Source of the DNA: Lama guanicoe | Lineage: Eukaryota | NCBI GenBank assembly: GCA_013239625.1 | Contig: MU054220.1 | Location: 6,122,626-6,186,625, forward strand | DNA: 64,000 bases | Direction: 5' to 3' | Shown here: positions 12,716 through 25,539 of the stretch, piece by piece | Numbering within the stretch: position 1 is the stretch's first letter | Layout of the letters: each line of letters begins with the position of its first letter | Notes under the pieces: model-generated | Seen by the model: only the letters and a program-made list of their open reading frames with translations | Told to the model about the DNA's origin: nothing | Database searches by the model: none | Program-made: the position numbers and the translations under genes

Positions 12716-14886
12716 AGACTCTTCTCTGTACGAGAGAGCTGATACTGATACCTGTCTCCCAGGATTACTATGGAGATTAAAAGAGTGAATACTATTAACA
12801 GTTGACACAAAATAAGGACAGCAAACATTTTCCCCTTTCTATTTTCTTTATTCCTCTAAATGCAAGCCATTAATTTCCAGATATTTTTTCTGCCTACTGC
12901 TGGATTCTGAAGTGTTATGAATGGCCTTTATTAGAAAGAAAATGCTAATGATCATATTTGATCTACCTAGTACACTCCTCACTGGTAACAGTCTTGGCAA
13001 TTGCAGCCTCCTTTCTCACTCTAGCCCCCCAACTGTATTTTTTGAGAAGGCTCCCATATGGCAAATTTATTTTCCCAAACGTGTAAGATGAAAGAAACTT
13101 TCAATGAAAGTTGTCACAACTGCATTTTGCAAACACAGTACCCAAGATGATTCAGGAACTTTATAGTAAATCTCAGTGTAGAAAGAGAGAAATTTCAATG
13201 GTGTGGAAAATATAAGAATGCAATTATGGAAGACATTGAAACTCAGTAGTAGAAACAGAATTCTCCATTAGGCCTCATCTAGTTCTTTTTGAGATGAATG
13301 AACAATGAAACACAAGCAAATGAAATTTAATAACTCACTTTTTAAGAATAATTCACAGATGCTTTTTGGGGAAGGCTACCAGAATTAAAAGACTTGCCTC
13401 GTTATAGACAACACCTTTAATCTACTTTTAGTTCTGAAATAGGGTAGGATGCATACCCTGTTGGTCTAACAGTTACAATATGAAAAGACAGCTAAGATGC
13501 TGATGGGTGGGAGCAATGTGTGGAAAGATAATGCAATTGAGAGCCCTTTTGTCTGTAAGAACTGAGAGTTAAATCATGCTCTTTGTTACTGACCCTTGTG
13601 TTTAGGAACTGTGCTGTGCTTCATAGCTTCTGTTTTCAATGGAGGCGTGTCTTGGGAAGGAGCATGCATTTAGAAGGTAGTGGGCTGGGGAGGAGAAGGC
13701 AACAGTGTTTCTACACATCATAAACTCTTGCCTCTTATAGAGGATTAGACTATAGGAATCCAACCTGCAACCTAGATGTCTCATACATACATACATGGTA
13801 ACATCATCTATGTCTGTATCTGTATCTATATCTATATATTTCTATATATGACATCATCTGTATATGCGATGATGTCTATATATATATAATCATCTATATA
13901 TATGATGATTACCATGGACATAGGAATTGAACCTGCAGTCAAGACCTCATCCCTATCCATAGCTTGCTCAGGCTAAGTGAACTAAGTAGATTATAAAGCC
14001 TGAGGCCTAAGGAAAAATATGGTAAACTTCTGGTCAAGTGAAGTACTTGAGAAATAAGTGAGCCTTACGGGGATGTCTCTTTTTCTGCAAGTGGGAGAAT
14101 ATAGCAGCTAACCCAAAAGAGCTGTAGGTAAAGATTTTCATTTTTTATAGCAGTGCTCCCAAAGTGTGGTATGCCTTAGGGTAAGGATATGAAACATAAA
14201 GCAGGAGAGAAAGAGGCTTTTTACGACTATATGGTTTAAAATTCTTGGGCTCCTAAGGGAATCTCACTGTTGGCATATAGGAAAAACTTGGAGAGAAAGC
14301 AGTATAAGTTTAAGTTTCACTTGCTCCCATCTACTCATTTCTGTCTATTCTTCATAGTAGGAAAGGATTTTCTAGGATGAGAGAAAAATGAGAGGGGGAA
14401 AAATGAGGCAGAATTGAGGCTAGATCTCAGAGGAAGGGGCCCTGTGCCCATTTCCTGCACAGGTTCTAGGAGGTGATGAACCGTCAGATACATTTACAGG
14501 GCTGGAAAACAAAGAGGCTTGTGCCCTGCAGTGGGGTTACAAAGTAGTTGAGGGAAGGAGGAGGCCAGGTCTGTCCTGGGCACAGGCAGTAAAGGCATGT
14601 ATTGTCTGACAAGAACTGAGCAATGGCAATAAAACCAACTAGAAGTCTGCTTTTTATTATCACCGTGTGCAGGTTATTCTAAACAATGTCAGTAATAAAA
14701 TGCTTCCCGCAGAAAAGAACAAAACAAAACTTTTTTTCTAAATAATTGCTATACTTCATGTTGAGTTTTAATAATACATACCTAAGCTTACAATTAGTTC
14801 ATACTTTTTAAAAAAGTTGTTATTTAATAAATACTGTGTTCTACGTAGAAGTTGTTCAGAGAACTCCCTGTTATTCCGTTGGCCTC

Positions 14887-15321
14887 TGTAGTGGCTTATT
14901 GGTGTCCCCTGAAAAGTTATGTGCATATCTTAATTCCCAGAACCTGTGTGAATTTTGAAAAGTGGTCTCTGCAGATGTAATTAAATTTCTTGAGATGAGA
15001 CCATATGGATTATTGAGGAAAGAGGATCCCAAATCCAATGACAGGTACACTTTTGGGAGACACATAGGAGAGAAATACATGGAGAAGAGGATAGACTATA
15101 TGAGGACACTGGTAGAGATGCAGACACGAGCCCAGGAATGCTGACAGTTACCAGAAGCCAGACGACACTAGGAGCTGAATCTTCCTTAGAGTCTGTGGGG
15201 GAGTGTGGCCCTGCCAACACCTTGGTTTTGGATTTCTGGTATTCAGAACTATGAGAAAGTGAATTTCAATTATTTTAAACCATCAAGTAATTTTGTACAG
15301 CAGTCCTAGGAAACTAATAGA
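14887..15321 (+). mobile_element. MLT1C/D-like MaLR solo LTR nested in Arthur1
   Basis: tgtagtgg...gtctctgcagatgtaattaa...ggccctgccaacaccttg...cagcagtcctaggaaactaataga. Confidence 0.88.
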
Positions 15322-15910
15322 ACCCCCAGCCCACATGCCCAGCTGCAGGCAGTCATTCCTAGAGTAACTCTGTGAAGGTTTAGACTCATTCCAATGCCCT
15401 TCTGCAGAGGTTAACTCCATATACTTTGTTTAAAGAGAATATTCAAAATAAACAGTAATAAATGTAATAAAAACATGGTTTTAATAAAGACTAGGAAACA
15501 GAACTTCAACTATTTTACTTCTGCCATAGGGTGTGACTAATGGAATTTTTATTTGTGTTTAAAATTTAAAAGAGTTCAATAGAGCATGAACTGTGAGGTA
15601 TATTTTTGTTGGTTGGGTGTACAGTTTAGTTCATGCATGAAATATATTTTACTGAATTTAAATATCTTTAACATAGAGATTTTTCATCTCTTTACTGTAA
15701 TTATTGAATTATGATAGTGTTATCACAGCAGTAGAGCACTATTTATTTTAAATTTTCTCTAAAGAAACATTAGTGTAATTAGGAAGTATAAATTTATTAC
15801 TCTTTTTCTTTCTTTGTATTGTTATACTTACTGTTTATTTCTTTATTGATATGGTCATGTATACAAAGTTTAGCAAAAGAAAATGTTCACTGAATGTATT
15901 TTTTCTGACC

Positions 15911-16062
15911 TTTTTTAAATTGAAATATAGTTAATTTACAATGTGTTAATTTCAAGTGTACAGCAAAGTGATTCAGTCATACATAGATTCTTTTCCATTA
16001 TAGGTTATTATAAGATATTGAATAGAGTTCCCTGTGACGTACAGGTCCTTGTTGTTTACCTA
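15911..16062 (-). mobile_element. Short L1 3'-end fragment (cetartiodactyl type) nested in Arthur1
   Basis: T-run then aattgaaatatagttaatttacaatg...gtacagcaaagtgattcag...taggttattataagatattgaatagagttccctgtg; TGACC repeated at 15906-15910 and 16063-16067. Confidence 0.85.
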
Positions 16063-16644
16063 TGACCATTATTATTATTCATGTCATTTCATTATTACTT
16101 GACAATAATTTTGATGTATAAAGGATGAGTTTTCAAAACAAGTTCTCTGGGATGCAAATATGCTATGCATGCCCTACTGCTAGCCCATTGTCCAGTCAGA
16201 GCCCAGTGACAGGGCAAGACCCTACAGGAGAAACGGCAAGTGCTCTACTTGGCAGTTGAGGTTGTAGTGTCACTGACGACCTCCTGTCCCAGTATGTTTG
16301 GAATCAGGAGAAAGATTTCCTTGTGACCCACAGTGGTAATAATACAGTTAAGAAAGTCACTGAACCTGTACTGGGCTCTGTGGTCACTTTCATGAACTAA
16401 AGTCTAAACAGCACAAAATGATGCTGACCTTAGTGGATGTTGGTCCGGATAGTTATTTGGAACCACTCCTCTTCACAGTTCACCATAAACACCTTTGTAA
16501 GCCTTCTCAAATTCCATAATGAAGGAAGTAGGGTAGGACATCCAACTGACCGAGGTATATTTATACCTCCTTTGCAGAGTAAAAGCTTATAGAAATTTAG
16601 CTAAGTTAGATAAAGTTACTTTCCTTGCTCGCCTTGCAGTGGAC

Positions 16645-16800
16645 TAGTATTCATATAGTATACATTTCCCAGGAAAGTAAACTGAGATTTAGATTAGGTG
16701 ACTTGTCTAAGGTCTCACACATAATTGAAGAGAGAACTAAGGTTCTAAAGCAGGTCCTTCTCATTCTAAGAACCCCATTTTTTATACTATGTTAGGCTGT
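16645..16800 (-). mobile_element. MIR fragment
   Basis: aaactgagatttagattaggtgacttgtctaaggtctcacac. Confidence 0.65.
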
Positions 16801-16949
16801 CACTCCAGAAACTACCAAGACTTCTGATTCATGGAAAAAGGATAAACTGGGACCATTCCGGAGGTGGGACAAAGTGTCTTCCCTAGAAGAATTTAGAATT
16901 ATCTCCTCCTAAAGTTTTGGTTATTTTTATCTTTCTCTTACCTTGGAGG

Positions 16950-17170
16950 AGCAGGATTGCTGAGTGGCAAGATGGATTCAAACACAGATGGTTTTCAAAT
17001 CACAGCTTTACCTCTCATCAGCTGTGTGATCTTGGGGACATTTCTCTACCTCTCAGTATATTTTATTCTTATCTCTTATATGAGGAGGGAAATAACCCAG
17101 AGAAAGGCAGAGATTAGAAATTGCAAATACAAAGCATCTGGAACCTGATAGGGCATTACAAACTGGAGGT
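16950..17170 (+). mobile_element. MIR fragment
   Basis: ttcaaatcacagctttacctctcatcagctgtgtgatcttgggg. Confidence 0.65.
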
Positions 17171-17929
17171 ATTTTATATAATCTTTATGAAAACATAATA
17201 GTCCAGATTCATTGCAAATGTCACCATCATTCCATACACAGCCCCGATAACTAGTATTTGAAAAGGTGTCGTAACTGAAGATTACTATTTTATTTATCCC
17301 TTAATTTATTGTTTATTTTTGCTGACAGTGTTGAGTATCTAGGCCTGTCTGGTGGATACAGAGAAAGGATCATACTAGATAGGGTATTAATTCCCTTGAA
17401 ATTCTCTTTCTGTTATAACTTGCTGATCCTCTCAGCATGAAATTGATTAAGAAATTCACATCACTTAATTCCTTTCATAGTCACCTAGTGTGAAACTAGC
17501 AAGGAAGAACTTTTTTTAAAAATGGGTAATGAGCCAAGTGAGGCATGCAGGGGGCGGATAGAGTTGGCTATTCAAGTGCAAGTTTCTTCCCTCTTATGAA
17601 ATGTTCCAGATAAGCAGTATTCCCTGCTGAGCTTCACAGATCAGAATTCTGAAAGTCTGGTGTATTGGTAGAGACAGAAAGTAAAAGGGATAAGAGGTGA
17701 GAACAGGAAACAATGGTTGTGGAAAATGGAAGAGCGAACAAAACTAAAGGAAGTCACCTTGGCGGTTTCTGGAATGAATCAATGGAAAGGGGGTAAAAAG
17801 TGCATATGAAGGGAGACTATCTGTTAAAAAGATGTCCTTTAAAATGTTTCTGCTGGAAAACAAAGGAGAAAAGATGAATGCACTTATCTCTGATAGAAAC
17901 TTCATACCTCTAAAGATAGTTTCCAAGAA

Positions 17930-18050
17930 TTAGAATAAGATGTGAGGTTTTGGAGATGGACAGACTTGGAATTGAATCTCTTCCAGATTATTAGTGCGAC
18001 ATTTGGCTAGTTACTTAACTTCTCTGAATCAATATCTCCTCCTCAACTGC
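17930..18050 (+). mobile_element. MIR fragment
   Basis: ttggagatggacagacttggaattgaatc...agttacttaacttctctg. Confidence 0.65.
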
Positions 18051-20189
18051 TGCAAGGTATGTTATGTCTTTACTTATTGGCAATTTAGGGTTTAACTTCC
18101 CTGCACTCACTATGTTATGCCTTTAATCATTGTATTAGATGTGTTTGGAACTTCATGTCCCTTTGTCTGTTCTGGTTGACTGAGCTCATTGAGGGCCATG
18201 GTGATGTCTCTGATCTCTGCTCAATGTCATTGCCATTCCATTCCTGCTAGAAGCGAGTTAAATGGTGGACAGCTAATGAATTTTTTTGATTGTTTGCTTA
18301 GTGTGTGTAGAAGAGGCAATACTTAGACCTTGACAAGAGGGAACCAAGCCTTACATCCTGCTCTTTAAAGGATCTGCTCTGACTCTCCTCTAGTCATACC
18401 TTTTCCCATTAAGCAGTAATCTCCTGGAGCCCCAAAAGTGCCCACACTTAGATCATGCCCTCTTCTAGACCATACTGTGGATATCATAACTTAAGACTTC
18501 TCTGCCTTCCTTGAACCTGACATAGCTTCCAAGGCTGGCTCTGTCCTCAGGGGTGGAATTTGCAGGTAATACCTTGATGTCTAGGGACTGGATGTCTGAG
18601 GTACTCCCCAGATAAGGTGGCACACCCAGATGGCATAGAGCAAGGCCAAAAAAAAATAAAATTGCTAGGCCCAGGCCAGACCTCCCCATGCAGCCAGGTT
18701 CTGGCACAGAACTCTGAGGAGTCCGAGAATTCTGAATTCAAACTTGATCTTCCAGGTCATTGTCAAGGTCAGAGTTAGAACTTTTTTTTTTTCCAACAGT
18801 AAGCTTGATTTATATCCTTAAATATTTGGACATATGGCAAACATTTGTACTCTTGCCAATGTTAGGGGTGTGCCTGGAGAAATCCATCCCTGCTGTCCTC
18901 CTTTTAGTGACGAAAGTAAGAAGCTTCATTCCACAGTATGAACGTTGATTTCCAAATCTCTCTGATACTCCTTTTGGAGGACATCATCTCATTCCAAGGA
19001 AGTCCTTCTTCACCTGTGTTTGGCTCAGATGTATTTACTTTGGGCCTTTCTTTTAGATTGGCTTTTTACATTTGCCAAGAAAAACCTGACAACACTTTGA
19101 AAGATAGTGAAATGCCATGGTCTCATCCTGTCAAAATTTTGTAACCAGCAGGGTGACACTGAACAAAGTATCAAAGAGGGAAAGAAGCTATGTTAAACCC
19201 AGAGATCTCTGTGTCTCCACATCATCTTTCTGTGACTGTTCAAGAAGAAGAGATTCAGGATTCTGAGTCTTCTAGTGAAAGTCCACAGGTTGGAGAAGAA
19301 ATTAGCCTAGAGAAAAGAATCCTTCATTGAGAGGCTAGAACCGTAGACTGAGAATACTTTTGGTGCAGTTGGGAGGCTGGTGCTAATGTAGGGAGGGCTT
19401 GAGTAGAGGAAGATAATTTGTTTTCATGTTCTTTAAATTATACCTGGTCTGGCACATTAGAAAGAGAGAAAACACTCCTCTGGGAATTTAAGCCTGTGTC
19501 AGGTCAAGGTCCAATGCCAAGGACTTGCACTGGGAATAGAACTTGGTCTGAACGTTGCTCAGCAAGGAGGTCTTCCCTTGGACAACTAGGCGAATGAGAA
19601 AATGTGCATTCTGTGTGTTAGCTCTTTCGAATGCCCTTGTTACTTAGAGTCGGTGGACCCGTGACTCCAATGACATGGGCAAATCTTTGTACCTCTCTTA
19701 GTCTTAGCTTTTCTACCTCAGGGTTGCTGTGAGAACTGCTCTCAGATAGTACATGGAAGTGGCCTTTATAACCTGAACAGGTTTATTAGTTGGTGGCCAT
19801 GCAAATAACAGAATTGGCTATTAGTTAAAAGTTACTGTTAAGAGCGGTCAGTTTACGAGTTTCAACTTCTAGATTGGTGATCGTCTATGCACTGGTGAGT
19901 ATTACTCTAGGGTTTAAATTGTCATTGGTGCAGGTTTGTTGCTATGCTTTTATCGTTAAATTCATACTAAGAAAATGAGACATCCTTGATGTTCTTTAAC
20001 AAAATTCATTTCCTAGTTCTATACTTGGATTTCTAAAACATTTTAAAACAAATATGAAGAAGGTGAGTACAACCATTACGTATCTTCACTCCTCCCAAAT
20101 TATTTAGGTATCATACTTCGGGGTGGGAGGAAGAGTTTTTATTTTTGCTGACTAAACGTAAGAGCAGAGCATGGTCAACAGCTGAGGCA

Positions 20190-20390
20190 GCAGCTGCACT
20201 ATGGTGTCAAAGGTTTGATCCTCAAGTCAGAAGGCCAGTAATTCAACCACGGTTCTGGCGTTTGGTAATTGTGGGTCTCCTGAGAAAGCACTAACATTTC
20301 TGACCACACATTTCCTTCCTTCAAAAACAGGGATAATGATTCTGCCATATTAATCTACCAGTTGGCTTTGAGAAGTATATAAAATGACCA
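20190..20390 (+). mobile_element. MIR fragment
   Basis: Degenerate tRNA-like head and core ...aaaacagggataatgat. Confidence 0.55.
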
Positions 20391-20619
20391 TTCCTGTGCT
20401 CTTAAGTCAGGCTATCGGGAGAACCAAATTGAATTAAAGGGAAAAATAAAGTAGACTAGTTGTAAGCATATTATTACTTAGTAAACATTTGCTAGTTTGC
20501 TTGAAGTGTTGTAAATGAAGGAATTTCTGTGGAACATAATCTGCAGAGCAGTCACAGGTATATGGAACCAGTGGAGATTCAAGAATATGAGAAAATAGAA
20601 AGTGATTCCTCTGATTCAA

Positions 20620-21490
20620 GCGGTTCCTTTCCACACTACACACTGTTACCAGAATCATCTTCTGTAAACACGATGGTGAACATGTCACCCTATCACTGAA
20701 AACCTTTGAAATTTTCGCACTGATAATCAAGTAAATCAAGATTTAGGGGCCTTCAATAGAAGAGGTCAAATTCCTTTTCTGGCTTGGGGGAAATAAAAAA
20801 TATCTGGTAATGAATCCAGATTTTCTTTTCATGGTGGTGAAATATTCAAAACTGATTGCAGTAATGGCTGAACAACTCTGTAAATATGGTGAAAAAAAAA
20901 AAAAGTAAAGTGTACACTCTAGATGAGCAAATTCTACATTACCGAATTCTATCTTGTCAATTGTTACTTTAAAATGTCTCCCTTTTCTGATATTTTTTTC
21001 TTCAAACTTCTGTGTTTCTCAAGTCTCCTCCCAGCATATGAAGTCCACTATAAGCGTAGAGAACGTCTTATTCCCTGAAGGTGCCCTTCCCCATGCCCTC
21101 ATTTGTGGTGTTTACTCTCCTTCCATTGTAACACCTCTGTCTCTTGAATTCCTATGTCTCTCAAGGCCAGCCTTAAATGCTCCTTCTTAAAAGCACTTCC
21201 TTTACTGCCACTTGTATTAAATTAATTTCTTCTTCCTTCAGATAATCATAATACATTTCCCCCCAAGCTTCTTATTTTAAAATTAAGTCTGCTTTCAATT
21301 TGTCTTTCATTTTAAAATAAAAGTGAAGTTAACCTTAGAAGAAATTCACAGCGTATCTGTGCTCTGACTCTCTTGATCTTGTCAGAACAAGAAAACATGG
21401 TATTTTATTTGCTTATGTTTCCCCCAGTATGCATCTAGACCTCTGCTTTTCATGTAACATTCATACAATAGATGCTTATTAAGTTAAATT
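20620..21490 (+). mobile_element. Degenerate L2 with an old L1M 3'-end fragment inserted (~20810-20970)
   Basis: L2-like ccacactacacactgttaccagaatcatctt...catgtcaccc; L1M-like ggtggtgaaatattcaaaactgattgcagtaatggctgaacaactctgtaaat. Confidence 0.55.
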
Positions 21491-22269
21491 TCATTGTTGT
21501 AATACAGAGAAGTTATCTGAGGAAATATTGTGTTATACTCACTACTATATTGGCCTGGAAGACATGGATCAGATGCTAAACATGTTGAATACTCTCTCAT
21601 AAAGCTTCATTTATGGTCATTAATGCCAAAGGATGACAATCTTACCAAATACTGAAGAATGAAGTTTTAAAACCACATGCTAACATTCAGACTTATCAAG
21701 CTTTACTGTTAAACCCCACATTCCTTGTTCTTTCCTGCTGTCTCCAATTAGAGCATTTCTGTTATCCTGTAGGATTTCTGACACATTATCTGGGGCAGAT
21801 TTTGAATAGTATTCTATATTCATTTAAAAGTAAATTCACCCTAGAAGAGAAATAAAAGGGCACATCTTATAATTATTCTTATAGTAGATTTATTATTCCA
21901 AAGCATTTATATGAATGGGCTTAAACTATTGATTTTGTATCTTATTGAAATTCAAAAAATGAAGAATTATTATTTTTCAATTTTCTCTTTTATCACCTTA
22001 TTTAGCATTATTACTTTCTCACAAATTAAAAGTCCATTACATTTTGTATTTCTATGCAGTGTTCTCTTCCTGTGTTAACAGATTGCTGTCAATGCAAAGA
22101 TGGAATCTTCACCATTTTGGCTACTGATGTACTTTGTAGAGGCCCTCCTGGGTTGCAGGGAATTGGCTGCCAACAAAATGTTGGAAAAGAGAGGGAAAGG
22201 CACTCTGAGGGAAATAGACTTTCTCTAGGAAGTGTGTATTGTGACTTGACACTTGGTTAGTCGTTTTTA

Positions 22270-22465
22270 TGTATGTGTAAATTGAACTAATAGTCACAGT
22301 ATTCCTATGTCATGTAAAATGGGTATTATTATTATAAATTTAAAGAAAAGAAAATAAGCTTATAGAAGTAAGATGACTTTCTCGGAGTAACACGGCTAAT
22401 AAGTATCAGAAGGGGTTAAAAGCCCCAGATATATCTGTTTCCAAACATTATGTCTTCCTAACTTA
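22270..22465 (-). mobile_element. MIR fragment
   Basis: gggtattattatt...agaagtaagatgactttctcggagtaacacggctaataagt. Confidence 0.6.
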
Positions 22466-23493
22466 CACAAACCTTCGCTTCTCTGCTGATACACCTTTCC
22501 CAATCTCCAAATCTGATTTAGGTTAAACTCTTTCCAGGTATTTATCACTTACACTGCTACAAGCAAATCTAGATTCTTTTTTTTTCAGGTATCTGTTATA
22601 TAGTTATTACTACTTTTTGCTAGTTTTCACAGGGTCATTTTGTCAACTTTCTACTTGAGTTAATAAACATAAACTTTGTACCTATACATCAAATTTGTAC
22701 TTCAGTTACTGTGAATGCTCAAGAATGTTAATGAAAAGCAATATATATATATATTTTTTTGTGTGTGTGGAAAATTCCAGGATAATTAAAGTATATTGTT
22801 ACTTATATGCAGTAGCTGCAGGCAAATGTGATATTTGCTGAAATAAAGTCATATTTCTGGGAGGTCACTTCATGGAGTATGCTTTATATTCTCTTTATAT
22901 ATATGTCATATCAGTTGTACTTCTGCTAAGTGTTAGAGTGTAGAGATTATTTTTAAAAAACAAAACAAATAAATGTAGATTTTGAAATATGGCCATAAAT
23001 TCTGACATATGAATATCAGTTAATTAATGCTGCTTCTTATGTAAGTGAAAGACAGGAAAAATATATGCAATGAATATATGAAGTAATACTTTATTCACCT
23101 GTTTTGTGAGTACACCCTGCCCACACATGCTGTCCTGTACCACGTTAAGAACTATAGATGAGTTGAAGTTCCAGCTGCTGTGACAGCTTCATAATTCATC
23201 TTTATGACTCCAAATAGTAACTTTATTAATTCATGTTCCACATGATTTCCAGTGTTTTTTGAAATCCTAGGTCTGACAATGTTTCTCTCATGTTAAAACC
23301 TTTTACTGGCTTCCCACTGAATGTATAATACAAACTCTTTCCCTTGGCCCACAACGACCTTTATAATCTAACTCCTTCTATCCCTTCAAATTTGTGTCAT
23401 TTCTCTCCTCATCTTGCTCAGTTCTCCATTTTACTTGATAAATTAGTAACTTGTCACCAGAATCTCTCTTGCTTCTGAGCTATTTTCCCTTAG

Positions 23494-23960
23494 TGTGGGT
23501 GTCAGAGAATGCTAGTTTTCCAATATCGATTACATTCTTCTTATTGGACACACAGCTGCCCAGCTAGATTTATTTTCTGCTATCTTTGCAATTAGATAAA
23601 GTCACATGGCCTAGATTTAGCCAATGAAAAGTAAGAAGAAGTGATGTGTGTTGCTTCCAGGATATAGTCTGAAGGTATGCCTCTTTCATATTCTCTTCGC
23701 ATTTTCCACTGTCTGGAACCCAGATACAGTATGACTAGCTTTGACAAAAATATCAGACAATTATTATGCCTTAGAAGGTTAAAAGGCAAAGACTTGAAAA
23801 GAACTCAAGTCCGTAACTGAGAGTGAGAAAAAGAGCCATATGGCTGACTCAGGCATTCCCATTTGAGCTTTCTACAAGAAAGAAATATACATCTTTGTGT
23901 TTTAAGTTATTGTATTGTTAGACCTTTTTGTTACAGCATCTCAGACTTTGCTTAATGAAC
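23494..23960 (+). mobile_element. MLT1I/J-like MaLR solo LTR inserted in L2
   Basis: gtcacatggcctagatttagccaatg...gaagtgatgtgtgttgcttccagg...tttgttacagca. Confidence 0.75.
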
Positions 23961-24241
23961 GATCTTCCTTCTCCTTGCTCGTTGCTTTGCTTAGGCTATT
24001 CTTACCTATTTTTCACATTGAAGTTTAGATACTTGCTTGGCCCACCTCCTACCATGTATGTTCTTCCAGTGGTATCTGGTTCTCAAAACTCTTACCTAAT
24101 TTTTATTGGACATGTGCTATATGTCAGGCACAATTTAAGCATATATATGTTATCCTATTTAATATAATACTCTTATTAAATAGGTATTAACACAATCTCC
24201 ATTTTATAGGTGAAGAAAGAAGATTTACAGAGAAGTTAATT

Positions 24242-24785
24242 ATGGCTATATTTTCCAAAAGTTAGCTGCAACAATGTTTTTTATCTTATGTCCTCTCTTA
24301 TAATGTGATGTTAACCCTCTCCCATTGAGAGATGGAGTCTATGTTTCCTCTATCTGAATCTGGGTGGTTTGTGACTACAGAAGAAGAGACACTCTCTGAT
24401 TTCTTAAGCCAGATTGGGAGCTGTGTTGATGACTCTCAAATGGTTCTCTTGAGACACTCACTTTTCAACCTCTCAGCAGTCAGATGAAAAATCTGAGGAT
24501 GTCATGCTGTGAGAAAGCCTAGGTTAAAAGAACTGGTCATGATGTTCTGACCAACAGCCAGAGCCAAAGTCTAGCCGGCATCTATTGCTAGACATGTGAA
24601 TGAAGAGGCCTCTTGATTTCAGCCCTGAGCCATCCTCACCTTGAGCTTGCAGGATTTCTTTGATAAGGCTCCAAGCACACGGATTAGAGAGAAGTCAACA
24701 TTATGCTCTTTCTAAATCCATGACCTCAGAATCTGTGAGTATAATAAAATGATTGTTTGAGACTGCTGACTTTTGGTGTAACATT
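24242..24785 (+). mobile_element. MLT1H/G-like MaLR solo LTR inserted in an antisense MIR (~24090-24880)
   Basis: cccattgagagatggagtctatgtttcctc...tgacctcagaatctgtgagtataataaaatg; MIR core cattttataggtgaagaaa precedes it and ttgcccaaag...ctgattccagagccc follows. Confidence 0.78.
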
Positions 24786-25007
24786 GCCCAAAGTAAACAT
24801 TGCCCAAAGTAAAAGATCTAGTAAGTAGAAGATCTAAGTTTCAAATAGTCTGATTCCAGAGCCCTTAGACACTACACCCCTTGTGCTTAGTTTCTTACGT
24901 GGAAGCTTCTTGTTTGTTTGTTTGTTTGCAGCCCCAGCCAGTTTATAAACTACATTACAGTGGGGATATTTTTCTTATTCATCCAAAAGAGCAAGTATTT
25001 TTTTTAG

Positions 25008-25125
25008 CAGGGAGGATATAGCTCAAGTGTTAGAGCACATGCTTAGCATGCATGAGCTCCTGGGTTCAATCCCCAGTACCTCCTATAAGAATAAATAAAT
25101 AAATAAACCAAATTACCTCCCCCCA
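25008..25125 (+). mobile_element. Vic-1-type tRNA(Ala)-derived SINE (camelid)
   Basis: Head gggaggatatagctcaagtgttagagcacatgcttagcatg...gggttcaatccccagtacctcc with A/B boxes, (AAAT)n tail and ccaaattacctcccc end; ~20-bp TSD ccaaaagarcaagtattttt at 24983-25002 and 25126-25145. Confidence 0.9.
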
Positions 25126-25145
25126 CCAAAAGAACAAGTATTTTT

Positions 25146-25240
25146 ACCTGTTGTGTTCACTTCTGTACCCCATCATCCAGAACAATGGCTGATACAAGGT
25201 AGGCACTCAATAAATGTTTGTTTGATGAATGAATATGTAA
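25146..25240 (+). mobile_element. L2 3' terminus
   Basis: cagaacaatggctgatacaaggtaggcactcaataaatgtttgtttgatgaatgaat. Confidence 0.8.
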
Positions 25241-25539
25241 TACTGTTTATAATTGGAAGTACCGATAGCACTGACTTATGCTATCTTGTAGAATCTTGTA
25301 GAATTCCATAAGCATCTAGTATAAGATAATGTTTGTTAAGCATCTACCTGTTACTTGATACTATGCTAAATGATTTAAAAGTGTTCTTATTTATTCCTTA
25401 CATTCTGTTAATGGAGGTGTTATTAAGAGATTCATTTTACAGATGAAGTGAAGACTTCAAATTAATAAACAATTTACTCAAGGGCCCATAATTATTAAAA
25501 AAAAAAAGTTTGGATCTGAACTTTATTTGATCCCAGCCT

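Larger units (their letters stand above)
14529..16179 (+). mobile_element. Arthur1-type hAT-Tip100 DNA transposon fossil with two nested insertions
   Basis: CAGTGG start; gtctgctttttattatcacc...ttctaaacaatgtcagtaataaaat, gagaactccc, and terminal gcaaatatgctatgcatgccctactg match recalled Arthur1. Confidence 0.78.

Noticed and set aside
25010..25083. tRNA-Ala(AGC) gene (also 38858-38932)
   Set aside because: Followed by an AAAT tail; the 25-kb copy has a long TSD and disrupted stems. It is a tRNA-derived SINE.
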